Shown: positions 22,369 to 24,000 of the stretch, in pieces
Layout: each line of letters starts with the position of its first letter
Numbering within the stretch: position 1 is the stretch's first letter
Origin: Candidatus Scalindua sp. SCAELEC01
GTDB taxonomy: Bacteria; Planctomycetota; Brocadiia; Brocadiales; Scalinduaceae
DNA length: 24,000 bases
Direction: 5' to 3'
Assembly: GCA_004282745.1 (NCBI GenBank)
Contig: SHMT01000009.1
Coordinates: 39,039 to 63,038, forward strand
Made by a program: the position numbers and the translations under genes
Notes under the pieces: generated by a model
The model's database searches: none
The model's input: only the letters and a program-made list of their open reading frames with translations
Told to the model about the DNA's origin: nothing

Positions 22369-23193
22369 TCAGTATAAATCAATGCGTCTATGGCTAAACG
22401 ATGGAATATCAGCCCTAACGGTATCCAATACATTAAGATCTATCTCAGCAGAGATGATATTGTCATCATCTTCGGCCTCTGCTAGTACCCTACCCCAGGG
22501 ATCAACTATCATGCTCTTACCATAACAGGTAATATTGTTTGGGCTTGTTCCTATCTGGTTTACGGCTACGATAAATACCTGGTTCTCAATAGCGCGCGCC
22601 TTAATCAACGGTTCCCAGTGGTACTTTCCCGTAGCTAACGTAAATGCCGAAGGAAGAAAGATTATCTTCGCTCCCCTCAAGGCTAATATCCGAAAAAGTT
22701 CGCAGAAACGTAAGTCGTAACAGATAACCAAACCGACATCAAAATTATCCATGCTTACAGTAACAATTTCGTTGCCTGCCGTTACATAATCGGATTCTTT
22801 ATATCTTACCCTGCCTGAAATATCAACATCAAAAAGGTGGATTTTTCTATATTTTGCCAAAATTTCCCCATCCCTACCAACTAGTACCGATGTGTTAAAG
22901 ACCTTATTCTTTTCAGCCTTTTCATAAATGGTTCCACATACGATAGAAATCCCACCCCTTTGTGCTATATCAGAAAGAAAGCTTGTCGTGTAACCGGGTA
23001 TCTGCTCGGCATTTTTTACCATGACTTCTGTACGTCCACAGCAGTTAAAGACTTCTGGCAACACAACGGTATCAACACCTTTTTCGATTGCAGTATGGAT
23101 ATACCGACTGATTCGTGTTAAATTCTCTTTTTTATCTTCATTTGCGCAAAATTGAACTGCCGCAATCTTCAACTTGTCCTTTCCTTTATCCAT
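22369..23193 (-). CDS. Carbon-nitrogen hydrolase (nitrilase superfamily; Nit/omega-amidase-like)
   Basis: Glu-Lys-Cys triad contexts: VVLPEVFN, YRKIHLFDV, VICYDLRFCELFR. The ORF track starts at GTG 23226; ATG 23193 (MDKGKDKLKIAAVQF...) gives a typical family N-terminus. Confidence 0.88.
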   Translation of the reverse strand: MDKGKDKLKIAAVQFCANEDKKENLTRISRYIHTAIEKGVDTVVLPEVFNCCGRTEVMVKNAEQIPGYTTSFLSDIAQRGGISIVCGTIYEKAEKNKVFNTSVLVGRDGEILAKYRKIHLFDVDISGRVRYKESDYVTAGNEIVTVSMDNFDVGLVICYDLRFCELFRILALRGAKIIFLPSAFTLATGKYHWEPLIKARAIENQVFIVAVNQIGTSPNNITCYGKSMIVDPWGRVLAEAEDDDNIISAEIDLNVLDTVRADIPSFSHRRIDLY

Positions 23194-23389
23194 ATTGAAC
23201 CATTCTCTTTCACTCTCTTTTAACACGGGTAAATTACTATTGATTACACCACACTACCTCGTTTGTCACTTCAGAAAAAAATTCATTCCTGTCTTCCCTA
23301 TCCATAAAAACTCACCTGTATGAAATATTAATAAAAAGAGAGAAGCGCTATTCGGCTAAAACATCTACTCCTCGTAATGAAATAAACGA

Positions 23390-23418
23390 TTGACACACAT
23401 CTCAGGCCACAGTACAAT
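23390..23418 (+). promoter_or_regulatory. Consensus-like sigma-70 promoter, ~280 nt upstream of proC
   Basis: TTGACA (23390-23395), 17 nt, TACAAT (23413-23418). Confidence 0.4.
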
Positions 23419-23536
23419 CCAAATCGCATATAGTTTTTGATGGGTATAAAATAAACGAATAACTCAAACAAATCAAGAGGAAACCCTTTCATAATTACTG
23501 GAATATGTATTGTAATTATCTTGTACTTCATAAATA

Positions 23537-23681
23537 GTGTTTGAACGAAAACTACCCATCTACTGCGTTGTTGCAATAATTTCGCAATCCTCAAGTACAA
23601 TTGTACGTTCCGGTTACGAAATTATTACGCGCCTTGTACCTAGGCACTTTTCATTCAAACACAGGGTTTTCGTTCAGACAC
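23537..23681. repeat. Long imperfect palindrome containing three copies of a 16-mer and a central perfect 12-bp palindrome
   Basis: GTGTTTGAACGAAAAC (23537-23552) has two inverted copies: CTTTTCATTCAAACAC (23647-23662) and GTTTTCGTTCAGACAC (23666-23681). An inner inverted pair is CAATAATTTCG / CGAAATTATTA. The centre is GTACAATTGTAC (23595-23606). The structure ends 20 nt before the proC ATG. Confidence 0.7.
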
Positions 23682-23700
23682 TAATTAAGAGTGAGGGAAC

Positions 23701-24000
23701 ATGCGCAAAGAGAGAATTGGCTTTATTGGTGGTGGAAAGATGGCAGAGGCCTTAATAAAAGGGCTTCTGAGTGCACAGATTTCTACCAATGATAAGATTG
23801 AGGCAAGTGATATAGACCGTGATCGCTGTCAGATACTGGAAAAAGCAACAGGAATAAAAACCTTCCTGGAAAACGATAAAGTAGTATCCAACTCTGATGT
23901 CCTTTTTTTGGCTATTAAACCCAATCTCATGGGAAACATCCTTGAAGAATTAAAGGAAGTGATCACCCCAAGACATCTTGTTGTCTCTATAGCCGCAGGA
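23701..24000 (+). CDS. proC: Pyrroline-5-carboxylate reductase, 5' portion (continues beyond the right edge)
   Basis: Absent from the ORF track because it is edge-truncated. Hand translation from ATG 23701, with GAGGGA upstream, gives MRKERIGFIGGGKMAEALIKGLLSAQ...SDVLFLAIKPNLMGNILEEL...HLVVSIAAG. This includes the ProC NADP-binding GxGxMxxA motif and the conserved AxKP and SxAAG blocks. Confidence 0.88.
   Translation, partial: MRKERIGFIGGGKMAEALIKGLLSAQISTNDKIEASDIDRDRCQILEKATGIKTFLENDKVVSNSDVLFLAIKPNLMGNILEELKEVITPRHLVVSIAAG

Noticed and set aside
23328-23755. 90-aa minus-strand ORF and 72-aa plus-strand ORF in the proC upstream region
   Set aside because: Both lie in the AT-rich intergenic and palindromic region. 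The plus-strand ORF starts at the GTG of the 16-mer repeat and is out of frame with the clearly recognisable proC start at 23701.

Overview
Bacterial chromosomal window, by eye roughly 40-45% GC. I recognised no rRNA, tRNA or CRISPR array. Sixteen protein-coding genes are supportable. Two of them are cut by the window edges and missing from the ORF track; I recovered them by hand translation.

Gene order, left to right:
- SNF2/SWIM helicase (partial), dnaJ and hsp20, all on the minus strand.
- A 1,090-aa fusion of a PGK-like fold, a ComEA-type HhH segment and a glutamate dehydrogenase.
- An orphan RHH antitoxin with a 17-codon RelE-like toxin stub.
- pqiB, pqiA and a small lipoprotein, on the minus strand.
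- A decayed stretch holding an integrase fragment and an outer-membrane-protein fragment.
- A repeat-containing charged protein followed by an M23 peptidase with no signal peptide.
- A stand-alone cooS-type Ni-CODH, on the minus strand.
- A B12-binding radical SAM enzyme followed by a GlpX-like FBPase fold fused to a ~440-aa helical-repeat region.
- A C-N hydrolase and nifS/iscS-type cysteine desulfurase pair, on the minus strand.
- proC (partial).

Most notable observations:
1. Two large fusion proteins are each built on a sugar-phosphate enzyme fold (PGK, GlpX). In both, several canonical catalytic or substrate-binding residues appear substituted. Both carry a ComEA-like HhH-type segment.
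2. A ~180-213 bp MITE-like element family has ~25-bp terminal inverted repeats and TTA/TAA target-site duplications. One copy is clearly inserted inside another. Several solo ends lie in intergenic regions.
3. Decay signatures include the toxin stub, the integrase and OMP fragments, and repeat debris splitting pqiA from pqiB.

No recognised defence system is present. All functional calls rest on motif recognition by eye, not on database searches.
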